In this document: positions 20,032-31,479 of the stretch, piece after piece
Numbering within the stretch: the stretch's first letter is position 1
Layout: the number at the start of each line of letters is the position of its first letter
Assembly (NCBI GenBank): GCA_963825685.1
Contig: CAWGUD010000041.1
Span: forward strand, 13,809-77,808
Direction of reading: 5' to 3'
DNA length: 64,000 nucleotides
Source of the DNA: an uncultured Actinomycetes bacterium
GTDB taxonomy: Bacteria > Actinomycetota > UBA4738 > HRBIN12
Translations under genes and position numbers: made by a program
Notes under the pieces: model-generated
Told to the model about the DNA's origin: nothing
Database searches by the model: none
The model's input: only the letters and a program-made list of their open reading frames with translations

Positions 20032-21264
20032 GTGAGCGAGCTCCGGTCGGTGATCGAGGCGTTCCGCAGCGAGGAGGTCTCGGGGCTCCCCGATGCCCGC
20101 GTCGAGGAGGACTTCGGCGAGCTCCAGGCGGCGGTGGAGGCCCTCGAGGCCGAGCGGCTCCGGCGGCTGGCCGAGATCGACCGGCGCCGGTCGTTCGAGC
20201 GCGACGGGTACCTCTCGGCGGCGGCATGGCTCGCCGGCAGGTTCCGGGTCGCCTGGAACGATGCGCGTCGCGGGGTGGCGTTGGCTCGAGGTCTCGACCG
20301 GATGCCCCGGGTGCGCCGAGCGTTCCACGACGGCGCGATCTCGCTGTCGGCGGTGCGCGTCCTCGGCGAAGCCCAGCAGGCCGAGCCCGAGGGGTTCCAG
20401 GTGTCGGAGCGGTTCCTGGCCGACGCTGCGTCACGGCACTCGATCGGCGACCTCCGTCGGGTGGTGGTGCACTGGCGCCACGTCGTGGAGCGCGAGCGAG
20501 CGGGAGCCGAGGGGCTCGATGCCGCGCTCCGGGCGCGGCGACGACTGCACACGTCGGTGACGCTCGACGGCATGGTGCGCCTCGACGGCGACCTCGATCC
20601 CGAGACCGGAGAGACGGTCCTGACCGCCCTGCGAGCCGTGCTCGACGCCGAAGCCAGGACCGAGCACGCGTCCGACGACCGCGCACCCGCGCAGCGTCGC
20701 GCCGACGCCCTCGGCGAGGTCTGCCGCGGATGGCTCGATCGCGCCGATCGTCCGGAGGTCGCAGGGGAACGCCCGCACCTCACCGTGACGGTGCCGGTCG
20801 AAGCCCTCGCGGGCATCGGGACGAGCGCCGCGTCGCAGAGGGCGGGCGACCGGGGCGTCGCGCCCTCGCTGGACCATGTGGGGCCGATCGACGCCGCGAC
20901 CGTGCGCCGACTCGCCTGCGATGCCTCGGTGACCAGGATCGTGCTCGGGCCTCGGTCGGAGCCACTCGACGTCGGCCGCAGGACCGCGGTCGTTCCGCCC
21001 GCGATCAGGCGTGCGGTGGTCGTGCGCGACCGGCGATGTCGGTTCCCGGGATGCGATCGACCGCCTCCATGGTGCGACGCGCACCACGTCACACATTGGG
21101 TCGACGGCGGACGGACCTCGGTCGACAACCTCGTCCTGCTCTGCCGTCGCCATCATCGACTCACCCACGAGCGGTTCGCGCTCGAGATGACCGATGGCCG
21201 GCCGGTGTTCCGCAGGCCCGACGGATCGGTGCTCGACGACGGACTCGACCGGGCGCCGCCCTAG
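20032..21264 (+). mobile_element. DUF222 + HNH endonuclease protein (REP13E12-like); start may be 20005
   Basis: AQRRADAL, RLACDA, PLDVGR, RDRRCRFPGC..CDAHH..W..GG.T...NLVLLCRRHH. Confidence 0.88.
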
Positions 21265-21268
21265 TGGA

Positions 21269-22915
21269 CTACTTCTTGCCGAAGAGGGCACCGAAGACGG
21301 TGCGCAGGGTGCGGCGACCGTCGGCGGTGGTGAGCATGTCCTTGGCGAAGCCGACGCCGATGTCCTTCACGTCGTCGCCCAACCCGCTTGCGGAGTCCGC
21401 CTTCGGCTTGGGCTTCGTCTTCGTCGAGACCTTCGCCCTGCCCGACGGCTTCGGCGTGGCCTTCGGCGCCGGCTCGGACGTGGGCGGCGGGGTTCCGGGC
21501 GGGGGCGGCGGCAGCGGAGCCCCGGCGGGGTCCGCCGAGGGCTCGCTCGCGACGACCTCGGCGGCGCCGTTCAGGCGGGCCGTGATCATCTCGTGGGCGC
21601 TCTCTCGGTCGACCGCCTCGGCGTACTTCGCCCGCAGCGACCCCGCCTCGATCAGCTGCGCGCGCGTGGCCTCGTCGACGGCGTCCATCAGCGAGTCGGG
21701 CGGCACGAGGCGCGTGGCGGCCAGCGGCGTCGGCACGCCCTTGGGCGTCAGCACCGTGACGAGCGCCTCCCCGATGCCGAGCGACGTCAGCGTCTCGCCG
21801 ACGTCGTAGTGCTCGCTCTTCGGGAACGTGCGCACCGTCTTGCGCAGGTTCGACTCGTCCTCGGGCGTGTGCGCTCGCAGCGCGTGCTGCACCCGGTTCC
21901 CCAGCTGGGAGAGCACCGACGACGGCACGTCGGTCGGCCCCTGCGTCACGAAGTAGACGCCGACGCCCTTCGAGCGGATCAGCCGCGCGGTGAGCTCGAT
22001 CTGCTCCATCAGGGCGTCGCTCGCGTCGTCGAACAGCAGGTGCGCCTCGTCGAAGAAGAACGCGAGCTTCGGCTTCGGCAGGTCGCCTTCCTCGGGGAGC
22101 TGGGCGTAGAGCTGGGCGAGCATCCAGAGCATGAACGTCGAGAACAGCCGGGGCCGGTCCATCACGTCGGCGAGCTCGAGCAGCGTCACGATGCCCCGGC
22201 CGTCCTCGGTCGTGCGCATCAGGTCGTGCACGTCGAACTCCGGCTCGCCGAAGAACGCGTCGGCGCCGGTCGACTCCAGCTCGACGATCGAGCGCAGCAG
22301 CACGCCGATCGTGGCCTTCGAGAAGCCGCCGTACTCCTCGAGCACGGGCTTGCCCTCGTCCGACGAGAGGAACTTCAGCGTCGTGCGCAGGTCGGCGAGG
22401 TCGAGCAGCGGCAGCCGCTGGTCGTCGCAGTAGGCGAAGACGAGCGTCAGCACCGAGACCTGCGTCTTGTTCAGGTCGAGCACCTTGCCGAGCAGGATCG
22501 GCCCGAACGACGAGACCGTGGCGCGCACCTGCGCGCCGAGCGCCCCCGAGAGCGAGAGCAGCTCGACGGGGTGGCCCTTCGGCTCGTACGTGATGCCGAG
22601 CTGCTGCGCCCGCTCCACGATCGGACCGGCCGTCGCGTCGCCCGGCTGGGAGAGCCCCGTGAGGTCGCCCTTCACGTCGCTCACGAACACCGGCACCCCG
22701 GCGTCGGAGAGCTGGCCGGCCAGGATCTGCAGGGTCTTCGTCTTCCCCGTGCCGGTCGCGCCGGCCACGAGCCCGTGGCGGTTCACCATCGACAGCGGAA
22801 GCCGCACGGGCGCGCTCGCCGCGACCTCGCCGTCGAGCATCGGCGCCCCGAGCAGCAGCGACGGCTCGTCGAACGCGTACCCCTCGGACATCTCCTCGAG
22901 GAAGGTCTCGTCCAT
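21269..22915 (-). CDS. HerA-like/DUF853 P-loop ATPase (YjgR family)
   Basis: NRHGLVAGATGTGKTKTLQ, DVKGDL, FFFDEAHLLF, IRSKGVG, QLGNRVQHALRA. Confidence 0.92.
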   Translation of the reverse strand: MDETFLEEMSEGYAFDEPSLLLGAPMLDGEVAASAPVRLPLSMVNRHGLVAGATGTGKTKTLQILAGQLSDAGVPVFVSDVKGDLTGLSQPGDATAGPIVERAQQLGITYEPKGHPVELLSLSGALGAQVRATVSSFGPILLGKVLDLNKTQVSVLTLVFAYCDDQRLPLLDLADLRTTLKFLSSDEGKPVLEEYGGFSKATIGVLLRSIVELESTGADAFFGEPEFDVHDLMRTTEDGRGIVTLLELADVMDRPRLFSTFMLWMLAQLYAQLPEEGDLPKPKLAFFFDEAHLLFDDASDALMEQIELTARLIRSKGVGVYFVTQGPTDVPSSVLSQLGNRVQHALRAHTPEDESNLRKTVRTFPKSEHYDVGETLTSLGIGEALVTVLTPKGVPTPLAATRLVPPDSLMDAVDEATRAQLIEAGSLRAKYAEAVDRESAHEMITARLNGAAEVVASEPSADPAGAPLPPPPPGTPPPTSEPAPKATPKPSGRAKVSTKTKPKPKADSASGLGDDVKDIGVGFAKDMLTTADGRRTLRTVFGALFGKK

Positions 22916-22962
22916 CGTGGGCGCGAGCCTAGCGGACCGCTCCGCCGGCGTCGGCGACCGCG

Positions 22963-23448
22963 TCAGTGCTCGAGCGTGTCGACGACCTCGAAGCCGAGCG
23001 ACGCGTAGATCCGCTCGGCGGGCTCGTTGCCGGCGGTCACGACGAGGTCGACGTGAGGCTCGCCGGCCGCGGCGAGGGCGTGCAGGGTCGTCGTCAGCAG
23101 CGCCGTCGACAGACCGCGGCCCTTGTGGTCCGCCCGCGTCATCGTGAACGCGACGAACGGCGCCCCTTCGAAGCGCGTCACCAGGCACGCGCTGACGATC
23201 TCGCCGCCGTCGCTCGCGAGGAACGACGCCTCGGGCATGAACTCACCGTAGGCGCCCGCGAACGTCTCGGCGATCTCCCGGCGCGCGTCGTCGAGGCCCT
23301 GGCCGGGCTCCGCATCGATCGCGCCGCGGTAGGCGTCGTCCATCAGCACCGCGAGCGCCTCGGCGTCGTCCGCGCTCGGGGTGCGCACCGAGACGCCGGC
23401 CGGCACGGCGGGTGCGCTCGCCGTGGCGTCACCGAGCGAACGGCGCAT
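22963..23448 (-). CDS. GNAT family N-acetyltransferase
   Basis: HKGRGLS acetyl-CoA loop; NEPAERIYASLGF. Confidence 0.8.
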   Translation of the reverse strand: MRRSLGDATASAPAVPAGVSVRTPSADDAEALAVLMDDAYRGAIDAEPGQGLDDARREIAETFAGAYGEFMPEASFLASDGGEIVSACLVTRFEGAPFVAFTMTRADHKGRGLSTALLTTTLHALAAAGEPHVDLVVTAGNEPAERIYASLGFEVVDTLEH

Positions 23449-23487
23449 GCGATGGCGGATCAGGCTCGCCCCTCGGTCGATCGGTCG

Positions 23488-24315
23488 TCAGCGCACGTCA
23501 TCGAGGAGCGCACGATACAGCTCGTTCACGCTCACGCCGTGGCGCTCGGCCACGGCGTGCGCCGCGTCGCGCTTGCGCATGCCGCCCGCCACCAGCTCAC
23601 GCGCCTCGTCGGCGCAGGCCGACATGTCGGGCGCCGGGCGCACCCGCTCCCCGTCGATCACCACGACGACCTCGCCCTTGAGCTCCCGATCGGCGACGCG
23701 CGACAGCACCTGGCTCACGCGACCGCGTTGGACCTCCTCGTGCAGCTTCGTCAGCTCCCGCACCACCGCGACCTCGCGGTCGCCGATCACCACGAGCACG
23801 TCGCGCAGCAACGTCTGCACGCGCAGCGGGGACTCGAAGACGACGATCGTGCGCGGTTCGTGCCGCAGCGCCTCGAGGCGGCGCACGCGCTCGCCCTGCT
23901 TCTTCGGCAGGAACCCCTCGAAGACGAACCGGTCGGTCGGCAGGCCCGACACGACGAGCGCGGCGATCACCGCGGAGGGGCCGGGCACGACCTGCACCTC
24001 GACGCCCGCGTCGATGCAGGCGCGCACGAGCCGGTAGCCGGGGTCCGAGACGGCCGGCGTTCCTCCGTCGGTCACGAGGGCCACGTCGTCACCGTTGCCG
24101 AGGCGCACGAGCAACTCGTCGACCCGCTCGCGCTCGTTGCCCTCGAAGTAGGACACGAGCGGCACCTTGACCTTGATGCCCGCCAGCAGGCGACCGGTCC
24201 GTCGGGTGTCCTCGCACGCGACCAGGTCGACCTGGCCCAGCACCTCGCGGGCACGCGTCGACAGATCGCCCAGGTTGCCGATCGGGGTCGCGACGAGCCA
24301 CAGCGTTCCTCCCAT
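23488..24315 (-). CDS. rsmI: 16S rRNA C1402 2'-O-methyltransferase
   Basis: LVATPIGNLGD, CEDTR, DGGTPAVSDPG, FEGFLP, RELTKLHEE. Confidence 0.96.
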   Translation of the reverse strand: MGGTLWLVATPIGNLGDLSTRAREVLGQVDLVACEDTRRTGRLLAGIKVKVPLVSYFEGNERERVDELLVRLGNGDDVALVTDGGTPAVSDPGYRLVRACIDAGVEVQVVPGPSAVIAALVVSGLPTDRFVFEGFLPKKQGERVRRLEALRHEPRTIVVFESPLRVQTLLRDVLVVIGDREVAVVRELTKLHEEVQRGRVSQVLSRVADRELKGEVVVVIDGERVRPAPDMSACADEARELVAGGMRKRDAAHAVAERHGVSVNELYRALLDDVR

Positions 24316-24452
24316 ACGTCCCAGGGTGACAGGATGTGCCCCGAGCGCCTACGGGCGGAAGGACCACGACGGGGACGCCATGGCCGAGGGACACAAGGAC
24401 TACCCAGGCTCCCCCGTGCGGCTGCGCGAACGGCCGCCGGTACCCTGACGCG

Positions 24453-26016
24453 ATGCCGGGCCTGTCGAAGCGCATGAACCGACCGGTGGTGGCCGTGCTG
24501 GCCGTCGCCGCGATCGCGGGCGTGATCCGGTTCGCGGCGATCGACGACCCGCGGGAACTCGTCTTCGACGAGACCTACTACGCCAAGGCCGGGTGCATCC
24601 AGGTCACCGACGCCAGGCCCAAGGAGTGCAGGATCGACTCGGGCGACGAGCGGTACTGGCTCGACAACGAGTGGGACACCGGCTCCTGGGTGCATCCCCC
24701 GCTCGGCAAGCTCACGATCGGGCTCGGCATCAGGGCGTTCAGCATGAGCTCGTTCGGGTGGCGGTTCACGTCGGCGCTCGCCGGCATCGGCGTCGCGGTC
24801 TTCACCGCGCTGATGGCGCAGCTGCTGCTCGGCAAGCCCGTGTGGACGTTCGTCGCCGGCCTGCTGATCGCGGTCGACGGCCTCAACGTCGTGCACTCGC
24901 GGATCGCGCTGCTCGACATCCACCTGGCGTTCTGGGTCTCGCTCGGGTTCCTGCTGCTGCTGCTCGACCGGCGCTGGATCGACCGGCGCACCGCGAGGGC
25001 CCTCGCGCCGCCGCAGGAAGTCGCCGAGCCCGAGGTCGACGGCCCGAGTCGACGAGGCCGAGGCTGCGAGGCCGCTGAGCCTCCCCGACGGGTGCCCTCC
25101 CCGTTCCTGCGGCCCTGGCGACTCGCCGCCGGCGCCGCGTTCGGGGCGGCGATGGCGGTCAAGTGGTCCGGCGCGATGGCGATCCCCGCCGCCGTGCTGC
25201 TCACCTACATCTGGGAGACGACGCGGCGGCGCCACGAGGGACGGACGCGAGGCAGCGCCTTCGTCCGGTCGCTCGGCATGGAGACGCTCGGGGTCGTGGT
25301 CGCGTTCGCGATCGTGCCGGTCGTCGTCTACACGCTCGCGTGGATCCCGTGGTTCACGCACTTCGAGCCGAGCCTGGCCGACTTCTTCACGCAGCACCGC
25401 GACATGTGGCGCTACCACCGCGACCTGCGAGCGACCGCGCTCGACGCCGCCACCGACACGTACACGCCCACGCACGGCTACTACTCGAAGGCGTGGACGT
25501 GGATCCCGATGCTGCGCCCGGTGAACTACTTCGTCGAGGACCTCGGTCCCGACATCCGCCAGATCCTCGCCGATCGGGAACCCCGTGCTGTTCTGGGGCA
25601 CGATCTGGACGATCCCGTACTGCGCCTGGGCGTGGTGGCGCAAGCGCGACTGGACGCCCGGGTTCATGGTGGTCCCGTTCGCCGGCCTCTACCTGCCGTG
25701 GCTCCTCGTCGCGCGGCCGCAGTTCTTCTTCTACGCGCTGCCGTTCACGCCGTTCATGGCGCTCGCCGCCGTGTACACGCTGCGCGACCTCGCCGCTGCC
25801 CACCTCGTGATCCGCGATCACGAGACGGGCGACGTCGCGCTCGACCCCGACACCGGCGAGCCCGCGATCAGCCGTCGCCGGCCCTACCTGCCGTTCGTCT
25901 GGGGCTACGTCGCGGCCGCGGTCGGGCTGTTCCTGTGGATGTGGCCGATCCTCACGGCGAGCCGCATCTCCGACACGATGTGGAAGGCGCGCGTCTGGTT
26001 CCGGGGCTGGACGTAG
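24453..26016 (+). CDS. pmt: Protein O-mannosyltransferase (PMT, GT39; frameshift near 25575)
   Basis: VFDETYY, VHPPLGK, FGWR, SRIALLD, KWSG; divergent from rsmI as in other actinobacteria. Confidence 0.88.
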
Positions 26017-26087
26017 CCCGTCGGACCTGACCGCCGGTCGCATCGGCATCGGCCGGGGCCGGGCCCCGCGCCGGTACCCTCGCCGCC

Positions 26088-28080
26088 ATGACGAGCCCGG
26101 GGTCCACGAGCAAGCAGCACGTCGTCGATCGAGATGGCCGACGGCGTCCGGCTCGCCGCGACCCTCTACATGCCCGAGGGCGACGGTCCGTGGCCGGCCG
26201 TGCTCGAGGCGCTCCCCTACCGCAAGGACGACATCACCGGGCGCTCGCGCAGCGAGTACCGGCGCCTCGCCGAGGCCGGCTACGTGCTGTGCCGCGTCGA
26301 CGTGCGCGGCACCGGCTCGAGCGAGGGCATCGCGACCGACGAGTACCCGCTCGTCGAGCGCACCGACATGGCCACCGTGATCGACTGGCTCGCGACCCGG
26401 CCGTGGTCGCTCGGCACGGTCGGCATGTACGGCTACTCCTACTCCGGGTTCAACAGCATCCAGATCGCGATGGAACGCCCGCCCGCGCTGAAGGCGATCA
26501 TCCCGATCTACGCCACCGACGACCGGTTCGGCGACGACGTGCACTACCAGGGCGGCGTCGTGAAGCAGCTCGACCAGATCGACTACCCGAGCTACATGGT
26601 CGCGAGCAACGCGCTGCCGCCGGCGCCGCCGATCTACGGCGAGGGATGGCGCGAGGAGTGGGCGCGCCGCCTCGAGGGCACGGAGCCGTGGGTGCTCACG
26701 TGGCTCGAGCACCAGCGCCTCGACGACTACTGGAGGCAGGGCTCGCTCTGCGTCGACTACGAGGCGATCGCGTGCCCCACGATGATCGTCGCCGGCTGGG
26801 CCGACGGGTACCGCAACAACTCGTTCCGCACGTTCGAGCGCCTGACGTGTCCGAAGCGGCTGGTCTTCGGGCCGTGGGCGCACGCCGGGACCGACACGTC
26901 GCTGCCCGGACCGAACCACGACCTGCTGCCCGAGCACATCCGGTGGTGGGACCGCTGGCTGAAGGGCGTCGACAACGGCATCGACCGCGAGCCGCCGATC
27001 GTGCTGTACGCGCAGCGCTCGACCCTGCCGGCCCCCGACCGCCCCGTCGTCAACGGCGAGTGGCGGTACGAGCCGACCTGGCCGCCCGAGCGGCTGCGGC
27101 CCGAGACGTGGTCGCTCGCCGACGCGACGGCGAACCGCCCCGGCGACGGCCCCGACGAGCTCGACGTGCGCGGCGACGTCGGATGGACCGCGTGGATCTC
27201 GTGCGCCGGCGTGCTGCCGTGGGGCCAGCCCGACGACCAGCGCCCCGACGAGCTCCACTCCCTCACGTACACGTGGGCGCCGTTCGAGCGGGAGTTCGAG
27301 ATCCTCGGACACGCGCGGGTGCGGGTGCGCATCGCCTCGAGCGAGCCGGTCGCCTACCTGTCGGCGAAGCTCTGCGACGTCTTCCCCGACGGCACCTCGT
27401 CGCTCGTCGCGCGCAACGTGTTGAACCTCACGCACCGCGACTCGCGGGAGCAGCCGTCGCCGATGCCGGTCGGCGAGCTCGTCGACGTCGAGCTCGAGAT
27501 CGAGGCCACGTCGTGGACGTTCGAGCCCGGCCACGCCCTGCGGCTCGACCTCGCCGGCACCGACTGGCCGAACACGTGGGCGCCGCCGCGCCCGGTGACG
27601 CTCACGATCGACCGGGCCGCGACGACGCTCGAGCTCCCCGTGATCGACGGCCCGAGCCCGATCGAGGAACGCCCGGTGCTGCCCCCGCCCCATCGTGCGG
27701 CGACCCCGACGAGGACGAGGACGACGACCCGGTGGCCGGCGTTCGCTGGTCGTTCACGCCACGACGCGCTCCGGCGCATCACGTCGGCGAACGCCGGCAG
27801 CACGTTCGAGGAGGAGCCGGTCGAGCACGTGCCGTCGATGCACAGCCACTACGACGGCGTCGTGTCGGTCTCGACGACCGACCCGGGGAAGGCGTCGACG
27901 CACGGCGAGGCGGCGTTCGAGATCCGATGGCCCGAGGCGACCGTGAACTCCCGGGCCGACGTGGTGATCGAGAGCGACGCCGAGGCGTATCGCGCGACGA
28001 TCGACCTGGTCGTGCACGAGGACGGCGAGGAACGGTTCCGGCGACGCTGGGAGCGGACGATCCCGCGGGATCTCGCCTAG
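26088..28080 (+). CDS. CocE/NonD family serine hydrolase (possible frameshift near 26130)
   Basis: DGVRLAATLY, PYRKDD, DVRGTGSSEG, GYSYSG, GWADGY, GPWAH. Confidence 0.9.
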
Positions 28081-28109
28081 GGGCGGGCGACGCCCGCCGA
28101 ACCGACCCC

Positions 28110-28144
28110 AGAAACACGAATCCCCGGCGCGCTGGCCGGGGTTC
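28110..28144 (-). terminator. Intrinsic terminator-like hairpin
   Basis: Minus strand GAACCCCGGC-cagcgc-GCCGGGGATTC followed by GTGTTTCT. Confidence 0.55.
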
Positions 28145-28170
28145 GGTCTTGATGGGATATCCCGACTCCT

Positions 28171-28199
28171 ACGGTACGCGCTGGCTCCGACATCGGCAA
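28171..28199 (-). promoter_or_regulatory. Promoter-like element (sigmaA -35/-10 with an embedded PafBC-type motif)
   Basis: Minus strand TTGCCG-N17-TACCGT, containing TGTCGG-N10-TA-N3-T. Confidence 0.45.
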
Positions 28200-28246
28200 G
28201 CGTGGCGCCCGGCCGTCACGGAACGTTCATGACTTCGCCTCGCGGC

Positions 28247-28786
28247 TCAGCCGATCGCGGGGTGCTCGGGTTCGGGCCGCACCGCCCAGAGGTTGCCGCG
28301 GCGGGTGCCGACCGGTTCCCGCTTCATCGTGTCGGTCGTGAGCGCCGTGATCACGACCGGGTCGTCGCCGAACAGCTCGTCGGTCTGCAGGCACACCAGC
28401 GTGCCGGGCGTGCCGGCCGGGAACACCACCTGATCGCGGCCGGCCACCTCGCGATCGACGAACGTCGGCATCAGCAGGAACAGCCCGAGCGGCGGCCACG
28501 AGTCGGGGTCGAACTCGGGGACCTTCCGCCTCAGCTCGTCCCTCGTGGCGAGGCGGGCGTCGGGGTCGTTCATCGCCCGCCGGGCGAGGGTGAGGTCGAG
28601 CCGACGATCCCACGGCACCACCATGAGGGCGAACCCGAAGCGGTTCGAGACCACCTCGGTGCGCACCAGCTCGTCGACGTCGAGGCCGTGGCGCTCGGCG
28701 ACCTGCTCCGGCAGCTCGGCCTCGGGATCGGGGAACACCACGAACGGCACGGCTCGCCCGCGCAGGTAGTCGAGCACCGAAGACAT
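28247..28786 (-). CDS. YbaK/EbsC-like aminoacyl-tRNA deacylase domain protein
   Basis: ARLAT..EL....P......PPLG, FVD, VVFPAGT pattern. Confidence 0.7.
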   Translation of the reverse strand: MSSVLDYLRGRAVPFVVFPDPEAELPEQVAERHGLDVDELVRTEVVSNRFGFALMVVPWDRRLDLTLARRAMNDPDARLATRDELRRKVPEFDPDSWPPLGLFLLMPTFVDREVAGRDQVVFPAGTPGTLVCLQTDELFGDDPVVITALTTDTMKREPVGTRRGNLWAVRPEPEHPAIG

Positions 28787-28891
28787 CGCCTGTGTGACCT
28801 CCGTCCGCCCGATCGGCGGAGCCGCATCGTACCCGCCGTGAGCCCGCGAACGGAACCCCCGATCGGCCCAGGAACCGGCCGAGAATCCGGC

Positions 28892-29689
28892 CTAGAAACC
28901 GGGCAGCCGATCGCGGAAGAGGATGTAGCCGAGCCCCGCCGCCACGTCGAGCAGGAAGTGCGCCACGACGAACGGCCACGTGCGACGCCACCGAAGGAAG
29001 AGCACGGAGAACAGCAGGCCCATCGCGAGGTTCCCGAGGAAGCCGCCCCACCCCTGATACAGGTGGTAGGACGCCCGCAGCGCCGAGCTGCCGACGACCG
29101 CGGCGAGCGGCGACCACGACAGCTGGCGCAGCCGCGTCACGAGGTAGCCGAGCACGATCACTTCCTCGACGAGGGCCGCCTCGAGCGCCGAGAGCAGCAG
29201 CACCGGCACGGTCCACCAGTGCCCGAGCGGCGGCGCCGGGATCACGAAGCGGTTCACGCCCAGCTCGACCGCCGCCAGGTACAGACCGAGGCCGGCGAGC
29301 CCGACGACCGCGAACAGACCGAGGCCCTTCGCGAGGTCGGGCCCGGGGCGGTCGGCAGCGAGCCCGATGCCGTCGAGGCCCTCGCCCGAGCGACGCACGA
29401 GGTGCACGACGAGGAACACGGGGGCCAGGCCGAAGACGAACCCCGCGAGCTGGCGGGCGAGCTGCGTGCTCTGGTTCGCCGAGGCGACGATCGTGCCGGC
29501 GAGCGGCGCCTCCAACAGGCTGAGGATCGCGTACACCGCGCTCGCGAGCAGCGAGAGCAACAGCACGACGACGACCTCTTCGGCGAGCGTCCGCCGGTCG
29601 GCCGGAGCCGGAGGGGTCGGCGCCTGCGGACCGAGCAGCCGTGCGCCGCGGAAGGGTTCGAGCTGCTCCATCGGGCTGACTGTACGCAT
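28892..29689 (-). CDS. CPBP (CAAX-like) intramembrane metalloprotease
   Basis: EEVIVLGY, RASYHLYQG, AHFLLD; multiple TMs. Confidence 0.88.
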   Translation of the reverse strand: MRTVSPMEQLEPFRGARLLGPQAPTPPAPADRRTLAEEVVVVLLLSLLASAVYAILSLLEAPLAGTIVASANQSTQLARQLAGFVFGLAPVFLVVHLVRRSGEGLDGIGLAADRPGPDLAKGLGLFAVVGLAGLGLYLAAVELGVNRFVIPAPPLGHWWTVPVLLLSALEAALVEEVIVLGYLVTRLRQLSWSPLAAVVGSSALRASYHLYQGWGGFLGNLAMGLLFSVLFLRWRRTWPFVVAHFLLDVAAGLGYILFRDRLPGF

Positions 29690-29773
29690 GCCGGCGTTCC
29701 TCGGGGCTCGGGGGCTCCTCTAGACTTCGGCGGCGGCGACCGACGGGTTCGCCCGGAAGGGGATCGAGGGGCG

Positions 29774-30995
29774 ATGGCGAGAGGCGACGCGGCCGACCTC
29801 GTGGTGGTCGGCGCCGGCACCGTCGGCGGCTGGGCCTCGGTCTTCGCGCGCGAGGCCGGCCTCGACCGCGTCGTCGTGATCGATCGCGACCTCGCCGGCC
29901 TCGGCGCCTCGAGCCGCGCGGCCGGCATGGTGCGCGCGCAGGGCGGCTCGCCCGACACCGTGCGGCTCGGCACGTGGTCGATCGGCTTCTACGAGGACCA
30001 GCACGACCGCTACGGCACCGACTCCGGCTTCGTCGGCCGCGGCTACGTGATCCTCGCGGCGACCGCCGCCGACGAGCGCGCGGCCCACGAGCGCATCGCG
30101 ATGCAGCGCGCGACCGGCCTCGACGTCCGCTGGGTCGACGCCGACGAGGTGCGGCGGCTGATCCCGGCGATGGCCGAGGGACGCGGCTTCCGCGGCGGCT
30201 CGTACGTCGCGACCGACGGCTGGGTCGATCCGCCGCGGAACGTGCGCGCGTACGGGCTCGCGATGCAGCGCGCCGGCGTCGAGCTGCGCGAGCGCGTGGC
30301 GTTCACGGGGCTCCGCACCCGCGCCGGGACGCGGCGGCCGGCGCGTCGTCACCGGCGTCGAGACCACGGCGGGCACGATCGCCACCGGCCGCGTGCTGCT
30401 CACCGGCGGCCCGGCCCTGCAGGCGGTCGCGAAGGCCGCCGGCGCCCGCGCCTGGGTCGGCTACGCGCGCCACCAGGTCGTCGTGACCGAGCCGAGCGAG
30501 GCCCTGCACCCCGACACGACGGCGATGGCGTTCGACATCGCGAAGGGCATCTACTGGCGGCCCGAGGAGGGCGGCTTCCTCTGGGGCATGTCGAACCCCG
30601 CCGAGGAACCCGGCCCCGGCCGCTCGATCGACTGGCCGTACCTGCGGGCGATGGAACGCCGGCTGCACCGCCTCGTGCCGGCGACCCGCGGGCTCGGCAT
30701 CAAGAAGGCGTGGGCCGCGACGATCGAGTACACGCCCGACCACCAGCCGCTCACGGGACCGCTCGTGCTGCGCGACGGCACCGAGGTCGAGGGCGCGTCG
30801 ATCGCGAGCGCGTGCGGCCACGGCATGATGTGGGGCCCGGCCGTGTCGCGGATCGCCGCCGACCTGCTGCTCGAGGGCCGCACCGACGTGGTCGAGCACG
30901 TCGAGCACTTCCGCATGGATCGGTTCGACGAGGAAGGACGCTCGCCGTTCGTCGACCCGGTCGCATTGCCGTTCCCGGTCCGCGTCGACGAGTGA
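29774..30995 (+). CDS. FAD-dependent oxidoreductase, sarcosine oxidase/DAO family (frameshift near 30335)
   Basis: VVVGAGTVG, GASSRAAG, YTPDHQP, GHGMMWGP. Confidence 0.88.
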
Positions 30996-31114
30996 CCGAG
31001 CCACAACATCCTGGATCGTGGGCGAGACGACCGATGAGAACCTGACACGCGGTCTGTCGTACCTGAAGAAGCGACGAGGCGGCCGGGTGGTCGCTGGACA
31101 AGGAGACGAACACG

Positions 31115-31454
31115 ATGGCGCGGTACCTGATCTCGTTCGACGACGGATCGATGGACTTCCCCGAGGAGGACCTCCCGGCGGTCGGTGAGGCATCCCGCCG
31201 GGTGGTCCAGGGGGCCAAGGACGCCGGTGTCTGGATCTTCGGCGCCGGAGTGGCAGCGTCAGCAGGCGAGCATCGTGGCCACCGACGGCACGGTCACGGA
31301 CGGACCGTTCCCCGAGACCAAGGCGGTCGTCGGCGGCTTCTCGATCATCGAGGTCCCGTCGCGCGAGGACGCGCTGATGTGGGCTGCGAGGATCGCCGAG
31401 GCGTGCCGGTGCGCACAGGAGGTGCGCGAGATCATGTACGACCCCGAGAGCTGA
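31115..31454 (+). CDS. YciI/DGPF-domain protein (frameshift near 31255)
   Basis: VTDGPFPETKAVVGGFSII..EVRE. Confidence 0.8.
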
Positions 31455-31479
31455 GCCCTCGACCCGAGGAGCCCTGCCT

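Noticed and set aside
28202-31045. 947-aa ORF
   Set aside because: Antisense to the YbaK-like and CPBP genes, joined to the N-terminal part of the frameshifted FAD oxidoreductase.
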